A stretch of 64,000 nt of DNA, from IMG/VR virus record IMGVR_UViG_3300046779_000230, positions 23,562-87,561 of that record. One strand, written 5' to 3'. Position numbers and translations under genes: made by a program. This stretch comes from a virus. Taxonomy: Duplodnaviria > Heunggongvirae > Uroviricota > Caudoviricetes. The notes beneath the pieces were generated by a model, which was not told the DNA's origin, searched no databases, and worked only from the letters and a program-made list of their open reading frames with translations. How positions within the stretch are numbered: position 1 is the first letter of the stretch; every line of letters starts with the position of its first letter. Positions 1 to 9,361 of this stretch are shown one piece after another.

Positions 1-1585
1 CAGTACCAAAGTCTTCTTCTTCATTACGCAGAGCACGACCAATAGCTTTATTGTGTGCTTGTGCAGTTTTGTGCTCTGGTTCAGCGTCTGGAACTGGGTT
101 CTTTAGCTTGTACTTTGCACCACGAGAAGCATCCATCATCTTACGCTTGATAGCGTTTTCTTTGTTACGTTCTTCGATCTGCTGAACTTCTTCTTTTAGA
201 TCGCTGTGTTTGATAGTAGTCTTTGGACCATCATTGGCAGAGTGTAAGTGAACATTATCACCATCACGCTTGGCAGTCCAGTGGCGACCAGTCTCGTCTT
301 TGAACTTGTGTTCTTGTTGATCCTTCAACGCATGAATCGCTTGGTGGTGTTCTGGGTGTAACGGAATAGAGAAAGAAGAACCGTGATGTACAGTCTTCAT
401 AGTACCCCAAGAATACTTTTTAGTTTCTACTGTTGCTTCAGTGATTTCTTGCTCTTCTTTACGCAACAATTTAAAATCATGCTTGTCTAGTTTGCCGTTC
501 TTATTCTTGTCCAACTTGTGTTGGTCGCCTTTAAGTTCTTCTTTGGCAAGTTTAGTTGCAGTTGCATACATAACAGACTTGGCATCAGCACCGTATCTGT
601 CTTTAAATGAGCTAAGATTTTTCTTCATACCTTTTACGATGTCCTCTCGTTTTTTCATTTGTTCATCAGACATCTCTTCTTTAACATTAGTTGGGTGTCC
701 GTTAATTGGCTTTTTAGTAGCCTTGTATGCTTTGTGTTCTGGAGTACCTTTGATGTACTTACGATCTAGAGTTGGAGCAACTGGAGCATGCTGCTCTGTT
801 GCATATTCTTCGCGGTGAACAGTTGCACCTTTGATCTTACGTGCAACATTAGTAGCATGAGATTGAGAACCAAAAGTCTTCCACTTTTTACCGTTGATGT
901 GAACGGCATGTGGGTGATCAGCTTGCTTGGCAGGTTTGTGGTCATCCCAACCTTCATCGTTGGCACCACCATCAAGATGATATGCAAGAGATTGACGCTT
1001 GCCCATACCACTAACGCTAGACTTGTAGTCGCGAGTATATGCATCATCACGACGACCATACGCTTCTTCTACAGCTTCTTCTTTAACAGGTTTACGCCAT
1101 TCTTTATTACCATGGTAACGATCAAGATGTTTCGCAAGAGATTCTTTATCGCTGGCAGAAGCCTTTTTATGGTAGTATGCTTTCTTTGCAGAATCTGCGC
1201 TATACATTCTTGGGTTGCTTGCGATTTCACTTGGATCAAATGATTCATCAAGATCTAATTCTTCTGATACACCACGATAATGATTAAGAGCATCAGTGTG
1301 GTTATTCATTTTAGATGCCTCAAGCGCACGTTTGTTCATTTTTCGCGCATAATCTTTTTGTGCTTGTGTAGAATCTTTAGATGAAAGATCTTTTAAATGT
1401 TTAACAGCAAGGCGTTTATATGTAGTAGCCACGTCTAAGATTTCTTCTTTGACTTCTTCTTTCTTGTCAGCGTCGAACACAATGTGACGTGCTTTATATT
1501 TCTTACCAGAAGCAGAAACCTTGTAGTCTGCAGACTCGACTTCGCCTTCTTGTATTTGTTGTACGATTTCTTTAAATGTTTTCAT
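1..1585 (-). CDS. Hypothetical hydrophilic His/Lys-rich protein, partial: its stop lies before the window start. The ATG is at 1583..1585.
   Basis: Manual translation of the minus strand from the ATG at 1585 (MKTFKEIVQQIQEGEV...) reads without a stop for more than 520 codons to the window edge. The ORF track missed it because there is no in-window stop. The plus ORFs 441..818 and 788..1243 and the minus ORFs 766..1059 and 1069..1251 are out-of-frame artefacts inside it. Confidence 0.7.
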   Translation of the reverse strand, partial: MKTFKEIVQQIQEGEVESADYKVSASGKKYKARHIVFDADKKEEVKEEILDVATTYKRLAVKHLKDLSSKDSTQAQKDYARKMNKRALEASKMNNHTDALNHYRGVSEELDLDESFDPSEIASNPRMYSADSAKKAYYHKKASASDKESLAKHLDRYHGNKEWRKPVKEEAVEEAYGRRDDAYTRDYKSSVSGMGKRQSLAYHLDGGANDEGWDDHKPAKQADHPHAVHINGKKWKTFGSQSHATNVARKIKGATVHREEYATEQHAPVAPTLDRKYIKGTPEHKAYKATKKPINGHPTNVKEEMSDEQMKKREDIVKGMKKNLSSFKDRYGADAKSVMYATATKLAKEELKGDQHKLDKNKNGKLDKHDFKLLRKEEQEITEATVETKKYSWGTMKTVHHGSSFSIPLHPEHHQAIHALKDQQEHKFKDETGRHWTAKRDGDNVHLHSANDGPKTTIKHSDLKEEVQQIEERNKENAIKRKMMDASRGAKYKLKNPVPDAEPEHKTAQAHNKAIGRALRNEEEDFGT

Positions 1586-1586
1586 T

Positions 1587-2027
1587 TTAATCCTTTAAAC
1601 TAGAGCGAAGCATCCACTTGTGTTTTTTATGTGAATCTAATCTGGCTGCAGCATAATCTGCTATACTATGCTCATTCGCTGCTGTTGCTGTGGTGAATAA
1701 TTTATTTAGGTTATTAAGCACTTCTTCATTTGCAAGAGACAGCTTCAATAACATAGTAGAAACCGATTGTGGTTCCTCGTCATCTTCTGGTATAGACTTG
1801 TATGCATACATCTCAGAAATACTACGTGGAGCATACTCATCTAAGATTCTTAGGTATTCTGCTGTCTTGTCGATAGAGCCATAGACATCAGAGTATATCT
1901 CGGCAAAGAAATCATGGTACTGTGAAAAGTTAATACCCTCAACATTCCAGTGATAAGAGTGTGCTTTAAAGTACATGACAAACTGATTTGCCAGTAGTGT
2001 TTTTAGCGCTAATTTCAATTCGTCCAT
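1587..2027 (-). CDS. Dps / ferritin-like DNA-protection protein
   Basis: The segment LLANQFVMYFKAHSYHWNVEGINFSQYHDFFAEIY matches the Dps family signature (LYxKTHNFHWNVxGxxFxxLHxxFEE). The length of 146 aa also fits. Confidence 0.7.
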   Translation of the reverse strand: MDELKLALKTLLANQFVMYFKAHSYHWNVEGINFSQYHDFFAEIYSDVYGSIDKTAEYLRILDEYAPRSISEMYAYKSIPEDDEEPQSVSTMLLKLSLANEEVLNNLNKLFTTATAANEHSIADYAAARLDSHKKHKWMLRSSLKD

Positions 2028-2028
2028 A

Positions 2029-2526
2029 TTAACTTCCTACAGCGTTGACATTATCGTAAACAGAGAACTCTGGAGTTTCAACTTTAGACTTCCAGCCCAT
2101 TTTACGCAACTTCAAAATACAATGACCTGGACCATCAAAGATCAATCTAAAGTCTTTATCAGCATAAATTCTATCTGCAAACGCATTGTGGTCAAAATCA
2201 TAATATCCAGCATTAATTAGATAATAATGATTGTGCATTAAACCAGTACCGCCGTTAACGATACGAGTAACATCAAGTTGTTTATCTTTTTTAAGACCCC
2301 ACCATATTCCAGTAATATAAACGTGAGATCCAGTATACTGAGCAAAGTGTCCGTCTGTTTCTGGAGAATCTCCAGCACCTGCTACATATACTTGTGTTGG
2401 TGTTGTTAGTACAGTACTTAGGCTAAGATCAACTGTTTGTCCAGCGGCTTCAGTTGTGTAGATTTTAAGTACAGCTTCGGTTTCTGTGTTTTTAAGAATG
2501 TGTATATTGGCCATTAGCAGTTCCAC
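2029..2526 (-). CDS. Hypothetical protein; paralog of the ORF at 48739..49170
   Basis: Shared N-terminus (M.L..I.KLTETEAV.K) and C-terminus (..KLRK..G...KVE..EF..YDN...VGS) with the 143-aa ORF located between gp68 and gp21. Confidence 0.6.
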   Translation of the reverse strand: MELLMANIHILKNTETEAVLKIYTTEAAGQTVDLSLSTVLTTPTQVYVAGAGDSPETDGHFAQYTGSHVYITGIWWGLKKDKQLDVTRIVNGGTGLMHNHYYLINAGYYDFDHNAFADRIYADKDFRLIFDGPGHCILKLRKMGWKSKVETPEFSVYDNVNAVGS

Positions 2527-3125
2527 TTTCTAAGCGCCAAGGCTTTACGAGTTGGGCGACCCTTTTCGTCTTTCATTGGACCTTCCATACCGCCCATGCG
2601 AGCACAGAAAGACTTGCGACGTTTTGCAGCTTTGCTGTCTGGGTTTAATTTAGAAGGTGGAGTTGTGACTGGAGCTTTTAGGTTCGCACCTTTGGCATTG
2701 TAAGCGTCACGACCCTTTTGAGTCAGACCACCAGTAGAACTCTTATGTCCTTTTGCATCAACTGCATACTCCAGCAATTCTTGATCAGAAACTTCTTCTA
2801 GAGTTTCCCAGATTGATTCTACTTCTAGATTATGTTCTTGTGCTAGTTCTTCAACAGCTTGCTCGATCAAATCAAACTGAGCTTCAACAGATTCTGCCGA
2901 TGCTTTAAACGCTGCTGCAGTTGGAGCACCTTTGCTTCCTGGCTTACGCATCTTTTCACCAGAACCATTTTTGATTCTTTCACGTTTAGCGTGGATGTTA
3001 TCCCACAAGCCATTCTTACCTTCTTTGATACATGAACCTTCAGCGCATGGAGCAGTTCCAGGTTTACGCTTGTATCCTTTCCAGCAATCACATTTTTCTT
3101 CTAGGAATTGATTGAAACTTAGCAT
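2514..3125 (-). CDS. Hypothetical protein with an N-terminal Cys cluster
   Basis: Intact ORF in the minus-strand gene array. Nothing further is recognised. Confidence 0.5.
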   Translation of the reverse strand: MLSFNQFLEEKCDCWKGYKRKPGTAPCAEGSCIKEGKNGLWDNIHAKRERIKNGSGEKMRKPGSKGAPTAAAFKASAESVEAQFDLIEQAVEELAQEHNLEVESIWETLEEVSDQELLEYAVDAKGHKSSTGGLTQKGRDAYNAKGANLKAPVTTPPSKLNPDSKAAKRRKSFCARMGGMEGPMKDEKGRPTRKALALRKWNC

Positions 3126-3126
3126 A

Positions 3127-5475
3127 TTAGTTAGCCTTTGTGAATGTGTCGTGAGACAATCTTGATTTTTCTAGTTGGCGAATTCTTGGAACAAGTTTCA
3201 TTGCAACTCTGCCAATGATAGCCTTACGGTTCTGTAACATTCGCTCAATGCGTTCTTTTTCACCAACAGAAAGAGAAGACATATCTCTACCACGAAGGAT
3301 ACGCTTCTTCATAGTTTTGATAGCTAATCTGCGAGCACGTTTGTTGATAGTAGAATTATTAGAGTGACGACGTAAGGCTAGCTGTGCTGCACGTTCGCGT
3401 TTAGCTTCAGTCTTGCGCATACGGAATTTAGCTTTCATTCGCTCAATGCGCGAAAGAACTTCTAAGATAGCTTGTTCATTAACAGAAAATTCTAATTCAT
3501 CTCCGCTTTCTGGATCGATAACTGCAAGTTCGTCTTCGTCGTAATCATTGACAATATCATCGTCTGTGATTAGATTCAACAACTCGTCAATCTCATTTTC
3601 TGGAACGTCTTGTTCAGGTTGTCCAGCAGTAGAAATTTCTATCTTTTGATTTTCGTAAGCAGCGTCACAAGATGTTTCTTCCATTAGTTGAGCGTAGTGA
3701 GCCCAGCTGTTTTCTTCTGCTAGTTTAGATCTGTTGAGATTTTCAATTTCTTTCTTGACCTTTAGCGTATCATTACCATATTTTCTATGGTGATTGTGTA
3801 CAGCTGTTAGGTAAGCCAAACGCTTTTTAGCTGCTGTCTTATCAGACAACAGAGAGCCTTTGTCCATTTGTTGGATTTTCTTCCAATCGTCTGTTTGGCT
3901 TTCGCTCATATGTTTGATCTTCATCTTGCGAACAGTATCGCTTTGACCATGAGAAACTGAGTGACCAAGTTTTTTCTTATCAGCTGGAGACATAATATCA
4001 CCTGCTAGATTAGAGTTGCTGCTTGTGTCAACTTTAGCAACAGTGGCTTCTTTTAGTTTATTAGGTTTTAGGGTAGCGTCGTAGTCAATACCAACTTCAG
4101 TAGCCAACACTAACATCTTGTCTAAGATTGCAAGAGCTTCTGCATTCAGCGCTTTGGTTTTAACTTTACGTAGAGCATTGTTGACCAATGACTCTGGATT
4201 AGAAGAAGACTCAGCAGTTTCAATGCCGAGAATAGTAGCGATCATTCTCGCGACTTTAATCTTGTCTGTAGATTTCAAAGTCTTGTCTGTTAGTCCTTCG
4301 TTCATCTCGTCCTTACCTTTTTCTTTGTAATTAGTTAAGAAGCCTTCAATCTCATGGCGGTGCATGTGCCAGTAATCTTCGTGGTGCATAAACTCACCGA
4401 CTCTGTCTAGAGATTCTTTAGCTTTCTCGTGGTAGTTATTCCAGTCTTGTACTTCTTGTTGTGTTAGTTCTTCACCCTTTAAGTGGCGGTCATTGATAGC
4501 CATATAAGCATCAGTGCTCTTGAGAGCATTTAGAACAGCAACAGGATCTTTTTCGCCAGATCTAGCGATTGTGTCTTGGAATGCCTTCGACGCTGACTCT
4601 GCTTGGTCGAAGTTTTTAGTTGTATATCCCTTGAATGTGATTTGCTTTTTAGCATAACCAGTAGAGACATCTTCTTTTATTTGGTTTTCTGAAAGTGTAA
4701 CATCTTGGATCCACTTACGAGAAACATCGCCATTAGAATTGGCAAGGACAAGGTAATTGCTACCTCTGTCTAAAATTTCATAGCGTTGGTTGTTAGACTC
4801 AACAAATTGTCCAATGTGATAGATTTGACCTTTGTGGTATTTTTCTCTTAGAGAATCTACATCGAACTTGACATTTTCTTTTATCGCTTCAAGACCCATA
4901 CCAGAACGAATATCGTTCATTAGTCTCTTGCCATCAATGTCACGCATTGATGAAGGCAGACCAGTCTTGAATGTGGCGTAGTCGCCTTTAGAAGCCAGCG
5001 AACGCATTTTAGTGGCAGACATACCAGAAGCATCATCGGCGTCTGGATCTCGTTCACCAGCAGAAACTACTTGAATTGTATCAAAGTGGAATTCAGATCC
5101 ATTGTACTTGTTCAGCAGTTTCTCGTACTCTGGAATACGGTCACTGCCAGCAACCATAATCAGATTCTTGTACTTTTTGTTTAGTTCTTTTGCAGCTTCG
5201 ATGAATGTTCTAACTTGAGCGTTGGCTGCAACAAAGTGTGTGCGTGGAAACATAAGGTTCAAATAGTGAACCTTTTTATCTACTGGTAATGGATTCTTTT
5301 TAGCGTCTTGAGATTTTGACGCATAGATCGCATGGTCGGCACCACGCTGTGTGGCTAGTTTCTTAACTGCCTTGACTAGAAGTTCGTGTCCTGTAGTTGG
5401 TGGATTAAATCTACCAAAGGCGAACACAACTGATTTTGACGGTAATTCTTTTATTAATTGTCTGTAGTTTTTCAT
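3127..5475 (-). CDS. Large protein with an N-terminal nucleotidyltransferase domain (NMNAT/PPAT-like HxGH fold) and a long charged C-terminal region
   Basis: GRFNPPTTGHELL is the (H/T)xGH motif. SATKMRSLASKG resembles the ISSTxIR motif of cytidylyltransferase-like adenylyltransferases. The C-terminal 550 aa are low-complexity, charged and coiled-coil-like. A TATAAATA box lies 31 nt upstream. Confidence 0.5.
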   Translation of the reverse strand: MKNYRQLIKELPSKSVVFAFGRFNPPTTGHELLVKAVKKLATQRGADHAIYASKSQDAKKNPLPVDKKVHYLNLMFPRTHFVAANAQVRTFIEAAKELNKKYKNLIMVAGSDRIPEYEKLLNKYNGSEFHFDTIQVVSAGERDPDADDASGMSATKMRSLASKGDYATFKTGLPSSMRDIDGKRLMNDIRSGMGLEAIKENVKFDVDSLREKYHKGQIYHIGQFVESNNQRYEILDRGSNYLVLANSNGDVSRKWIQDVTLSENQIKEDVSTGYAKKQITFKGYTTKNFDQAESASKAFQDTIARSGEKDPVAVLNALKSTDAYMAINDRHLKGEELTQQEVQDWNNYHEKAKESLDRVGEFMHHEDYWHMHRHEIEGFLTNYKEKGKDEMNEGLTDKTLKSTDKIKVARMIATILGIETAESSSNPESLVNNALRKVKTKALNAEALAILDKMLVLATEVGIDYDATLKPNKLKEATVAKVDTSSNSNLAGDIMSPADKKKLGHSVSHGQSDTVRKMKIKHMSESQTDDWKKIQQMDKGSLLSDKTAAKKRLAYLTAVHNHHRKYGNDTLKVKKEIENLNRSKLAEENSWAHYAQLMEETSCDAAYENQKIEISTAGQPEQDVPENEIDELLNLITDDDIVNDYDEDELAVIDPESGDELEFSVNEQAILEVLSRIERMKAKFRMRKTEAKRERAAQLALRRHSNNSTINKRARRLAIKTMKKRILRGRDMSSLSVGEKERIERMLQNRKAIIGRVAMKLVPRIRQLEKSRLSHDTFTKAN

Positions 5476-5505
5476 CGTTTTCCATCTATATAAAGTAATT
5501 ATATC

Positions 5506-5513
5506 TATTTATA
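5506..5513 (-). promoter_or_regulatory. T4-type late promoter box TATAAATA, seen as plus-strand tatttata
   Basis: Exact TATAAATA on the minus strand in the 42-nt gap upstream of the 782-aa gene. Confidence 0.55.
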
Positions 5514-5517
5514 ATTC

Positions 5518-6747
5518 TTATCTCTGCCAACCTTTGATAACGTCTGGAGAGAAGTTAGCTTTACTGAATTCTAAACGATCTACAATCTTAACAGCGCCAC
5601 CAGTTAGGTGATCAATGGCAACAAAGCCTTCGACTCCAGTTACCCTAAAGCCACTTGATGTCTTTAAGAATGTGGATATATGACCAGCTTCGTTCATCTT
5701 AGAGATTATTAGCTGCTTGGCATCAGCTATTAAAGTTGACAGTTGGAAGATTTCTGCGATTCTTCTTTGATCATGGTCTGCAAAGAACTTGACGATACGC
5801 TGGCGCTTTTCTTCGGCAGCAGCCTTGCCCTTTTCAGTCTTCTTTGAGTCAATGTCTTTTTGATAGCGAGCATGGATCCAGTCGTATAAACCTTTTACAT
5901 GGGCACGGGTGTCAGTTATTCTTTGACCTGCACGAACTTTGGTGTTGTTGTATGTATTGATCAACATATTCAACTCGTCGTCAGCAGCCATCTTGTTTAA
6001 GGCAACTGTGTCTATAACGCTAAACAACTTACCAGCGTTGGAAAGGATAGCAGTTACCTTGGCAGTTTCTTGCTTGGTGAATGTTGCTGTACCAGAGTAG
6101 TCTTTGTAAGTGGCATCGTCCATCCAGATTGTTGATACTTGATTGAACTTTGAGGCTATGTCTTTACCAAACGCAGCAGTCATAGTTTCAAACGAAGTGC
6201 CAGTGTACGTTGTGTGCCATACCACACCAATCTTTGCAGATCTTATCTTTCTACCCAACTCTGACTCAAAAGGCACAGCGTACAAAATAGTGTTTGGGTG
6301 GAATGTAATATACTTCTCACCGTCAATAGTTTCAACCTTTGTATCATCAGTGAACATCAAGTCACCTTGATAAACACCAGACTTGATACCAAGTTTTGAA
6401 AACTCAGCCAGTGCTACCTTTAATTTAGCAGCTAGATCGCCACTTGTGTCGGCATCAATCTCTGCTGCAGTTTTGTAGACCTTTGGCTCTTTGTTAAAGA
6501 CACCCTTTTTGGCAATAAAGAATTTACCGTCACGTGGATCAATACCAGCAAACACTGCTGGCGCACCGTCCCACTTGACAGTTGCTGTAATCTTAGAAGC
6601 TGAATTACCAGCCAACATGTCTCTTAGGTTTCTAAGAAAGTTAATGGCTTGACGTGTGCCATTAACTCCACCATCGAAGACCAAGTCCTCGATGTGTGTC
6701 ATGTGTGTATTCTTTTGCTCTAGAACAAATGTCTTTAAAGTTTTCAT
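5518..6747 (-). CDS. ATP-dependent polynucleotide ligase-like protein (KxDG nucleotidyltransferase), possibly an RNA ligase
   Basis: TVKWDGAPAVFAG is a KxDG motif I without the canonical DNA-ligase KxDGxR. A second, canonical DNA ligase lies at 22008..23291. Confidence 0.4.
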   Translation of the reverse strand: MKTLKTFVLEQKNTHMTHIEDLVFDGGVNGTRQAINFLRNLRDMLAGNSASKITATVKWDGAPAVFAGIDPRDGKFFIAKKGVFNKEPKVYKTAAEIDADTSGDLAAKLKVALAEFSKLGIKSGVYQGDLMFTDDTKVETIDGEKYITFHPNTILYAVPFESELGRKIRSAKIGVVWHTTYTGTSFETMTAAFGKDIASKFNQVSTIWMDDATYKDYSGTATFTKQETAKVTAILSNAGKLFSVIDTVALNKMAADDELNMLINTYNNTKVRAGQRITDTRAHVKGLYDWIHARYQKDIDSKKTEKGKAAAEEKRQRIVKFFADHDQRRIAEIFQLSTLIADAKQLIISKMNEAGHISTFLKTSSGFRVTGVEGFVAIDHLTGGAVKIVDRLEFSKANFSPDVIKGWQR

Positions 6748-6748
6748 A

Positions 6749-8011
6749 TTACTTTAGACCAAATGTACCAACAACGCCTCTGTGTGGTCCAGAAGAACCT
6801 TTCATTGTCATAGTGGCAACACGAGAAATCTTACCAGTTTCTTTGTGAGTGCCACGGATAACAGCAGAGATACCTTGGTGAACAACGTGAAGATTCTCGT
6901 AGTTCTTTAGGTGTTCGCTGGCGATACTGTCTGAAGGTTTAACAACTGCCTTAGAAGAGCCATCGCTTTGCACGTGGCTGTGCGCGACTGTGTGTGGAAT
7001 ATGTGTTGGAGCAGAAACGTGATCTGTTACAAGTTTACGTAACTCTTGATCAGATTTAGTACCGATTGCTTCTGCGAACTTTTTGGCCAGCGCTTGTTTA
7101 CCAACTAGCGCAGACGCCTCAGCTTGAGAAGCACGAGTTGCTGAATGTTGAGCAAAATGCTCTTTGTCTTTTGCTTGGTCGTGAGCGTTAACAAACATCT
7201 CTAGGTGCTTGTGCAAGTTCTTTTCTTTGGCAGATAGTTTTCTGTCTGTGGCAACCAAACCAGTTAAACGAGCATGCTCGGCACGAGCCTTGTCAATACC
7301 CATTTTATCAACTTTCCACTGAGCGTGGCGGTCTTCAGCAGAACCATGATACCCAATAGTTTCCATATTGGCATGGTGGTTTTTCATCAATCCGTTAAGT
7401 GTACCAGATGATAGTCCAGCAGTTTTCTCTAGAGAGTCAAGACCTGGATTGCGATAGTTTGGTTCTTTATTAGTACCGTACTTTGCAGAAACACCATGAT
7501 GACCAACAACCTTGCCATCTTTATGTAGCGTCATAATCAAGTCAGCGTTAGAGTTAACGTCCTTGATGCCAGTAGTCTTTTCGTGGTCGCCAGCTTTTGT
7601 TGCTTTATCTGGGTTTGATGTCCAGTGGACATTACCAACATTAACACCATTACCAAGATGACCTTCTTTGGTCAAGTGCTTTAGCAACGCTTTGGCAGTA
7701 TCTTTTGAGTGGGAATCGATCTCATTATAAGCAGCATCACCAATCTTCTTTTTAAGACGGTCATGTACTTGTTGAGGAGTACCAGCGTGGTCTTCGTTCT
7801 CAGACTCAGAACGGTGGTGTTCTGGTAGAGTGCCAGCTGGATGTAAGTGTTTTGCAAGCAGCAGTTCGTGCAGCTTGCCTTTGTCGTCAGAAGAAACAGA
7901 ACTGCTTAAAGCAGCTTCTTTGAGAACTATTTTTTCTGTTAAGAAATTCTTTAATCGTAGCATATCAATCCTTTTGAATTCAGTGTTGAAATTATACATT
8001 AGATTGTACAA
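6749..8011 (-). CDS. Hypothetical hydrophilic His-rich protein
   Basis: Intact 420-aa ORF with no recognisable motif. Confidence 0.5.
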   Translation of the reverse strand: MYNLMYNFNTEFKRIDMLRLKNFLTEKIVLKEAALSSSVSSDDKGKLHELLLAKHLHPAGTLPEHHRSESENEDHAGTPQQVHDRLKKKIGDAAYNEIDSHSKDTAKALLKHLTKEGHLGNGVNVGNVHWTSNPDKATKAGDHEKTTGIKDVNSNADLIMTLHKDGKVVGHHGVSAKYGTNKEPNYRNPGLDSLEKTAGLSSGTLNGLMKNHHANMETIGYHGSAEDRHAQWKVDKMGIDKARAEHARLTGLVATDRKLSAKEKNLHKHLEMFVNAHDQAKDKEHFAQHSATRASQAEASALVGKQALAKKFAEAIGTKSDQELRKLVTDHVSAPTHIPHTVAHSHVQSDGSSKAVVKPSDSIASEHLKNYENLHVVHQGISAVIRGTHKETGKISRVATMTMKGSSGPHRGVVGTFGLK

Positions 8012-8041
8012 AAGTCAACAGATAACTGAATTATTTAGGAC

Positions 8042-8734
8042 TCATGCTAAATTGGTATACTTTCTGTCCCACTTGTAGATCTGCTGATACAGCTTGGGTA
8101 TGGCAGCATTGTTTCTGTGGTCGTAGTTGAAAGTCTTTAGGATGTACTTTAGAGTAGTAGAACCTCTGGTTGTACCAGAAGCCAGTAAGTCTGTTAGAAC
8201 AGCCTTGGGTCTGTTTACCTTAAAGTCCAGATAGACACAGTGGGCGTATGCTTGTATCTCGTCAAACTCTGATAGGTATCTACGTTCGGAATCTATCTTG
8301 TCCTTACCAACACGCTTGTAAGGAACTACATAATCACTACATTCATCGTATCTTCTATCATACTGCATAAAGTGTATGATCTCGTGCATTAGTGTTTGGA
8401 TCAACTTGAACTTAAAACGATCCCAAGTTTCTTGGTTGAATATGAATTCGTTAAAGTGTTTGGTATGAATGTTTAACAGTATCTGTCGTTTTTCTGGATC
8501 GTACTCGCCACTGACAGCAATGTAACTTTTATAGACTTTAGCCTTTGATGGCTCTTTTAAAAAGTCTAGTCTGGTTCTCCACTTTCTAAAATAAAATGAG
8601 AGACCTGCCGCATCGTTTCGATACAGATCAAGGTCTCTCCAAACTTTAGATGGGATTAGTCTAGCCCTAAAAGGTCTTTCCTTGAAGTTCAACAACTTCA
8701 TCCAATCGTAATTAGCTGTTTCTAGGAATTTCAT
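8042..8734 (-). CDS. HExxH-motif protein (putative zinc metallohydrolase)
   Basis: HEIIHFMQYD contains the HExxH motif. Confidence 0.45.
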   Translation of the reverse strand: MKFLETANYDWMKLLNFKERPFRARLIPSKVWRDLDLYRNDAAGLSFYFRKWRTRLDFLKEPSKAKVYKSYIAVSGEYDPEKRQILLNIHTKHFNEFIFNQETWDRFKFKLIQTLMHEIIHFMQYDRRYDECSDYVVPYKRVGKDKIDSERRYLSEFDEIQAYAHCVYLDFKVNRPKAVLTDLLASGTTRGSTTLKYILKTFNYDHRNNAAIPKLYQQIYKWDRKYTNLA

Positions 8735-8755
8735 AACACCTAGAAAGGTCTTGCA

Positions 8756-9361
8756 TTACCTAATAGAATTCTCCAAGAAGGCAAGAACTTTCGCTTGTTC
8801 CTCTAAGTTAGTGTTGTTAAACTCAGTAATATAGGACATCAGTTCAAAATTTGATAGCAAGTTACTATATTTAGTTTCTCTGCCTCTTAGGAATTGTTCG
8901 GACTGGTCTGAGCCACGATCCTTGTAGCGTTGCTCCAGTAGTTCTTTTGGAGCCTTGAGATACACAACAATCAACTCAGTGTTTGGCAAGTTCATACAGA
9001 ACTCCAAGAAAGATTGATTAAAGACTCGGTCACCTTCGAACAGGATGTTACAGTTGTTAGAAGCGATCCACTCTTGTAGTGGTGGTTGAACTGCCATGGA
9101 CAAGCGATCTGTACCAGCGAATAATTCACCTTCGTTGTACTTACCAAGGATGTACAAGTCATGCTCTTTATTATAGAGAGCAGACACTAACTTAGCAGGT
9201 TCAGTACCGATAAATTCTTTACCTTCCATGAACTTACGGAATAGCGTAGTCTTGCCTGTACCTGGACTTCCACCAACGGCAATGATCTTTCTAGTCTTGA
9301 CTTCGTTCTTGATCAACTTAACTTCGATTCGATCTGAAATACCAAATTTATCAATTAACAT
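8756..9361 (-). CDS. P-loop NTPase/kinase; candidate DNA-base kinase (5-HMUDK-like)
   Basis: Walker A motif AVGGSPGTGKTTL. Small kinase size (201 aa). Translationally coupled to the radical SAM gene by a 7-nt overlap. Confidence 0.4.
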   Translation of the reverse strand: MLIDKFGISDRIEVKLIKNEVKTRKIIAVGGSPGTGKTTLFRKFMEGKEFIGTEPAKLVSALYNKEHDLYILGKYNEGELFAGTDRLSMAVQPPLQEWIASNNCNILFEGDRVFNQSFLEFCMNLPNTELIVVYLKAPKELLEQRYKDRGSDQSEQFLRGRETKYSNLLSNFELMSYITEFNNTNLEEQAKVLAFLENSIR

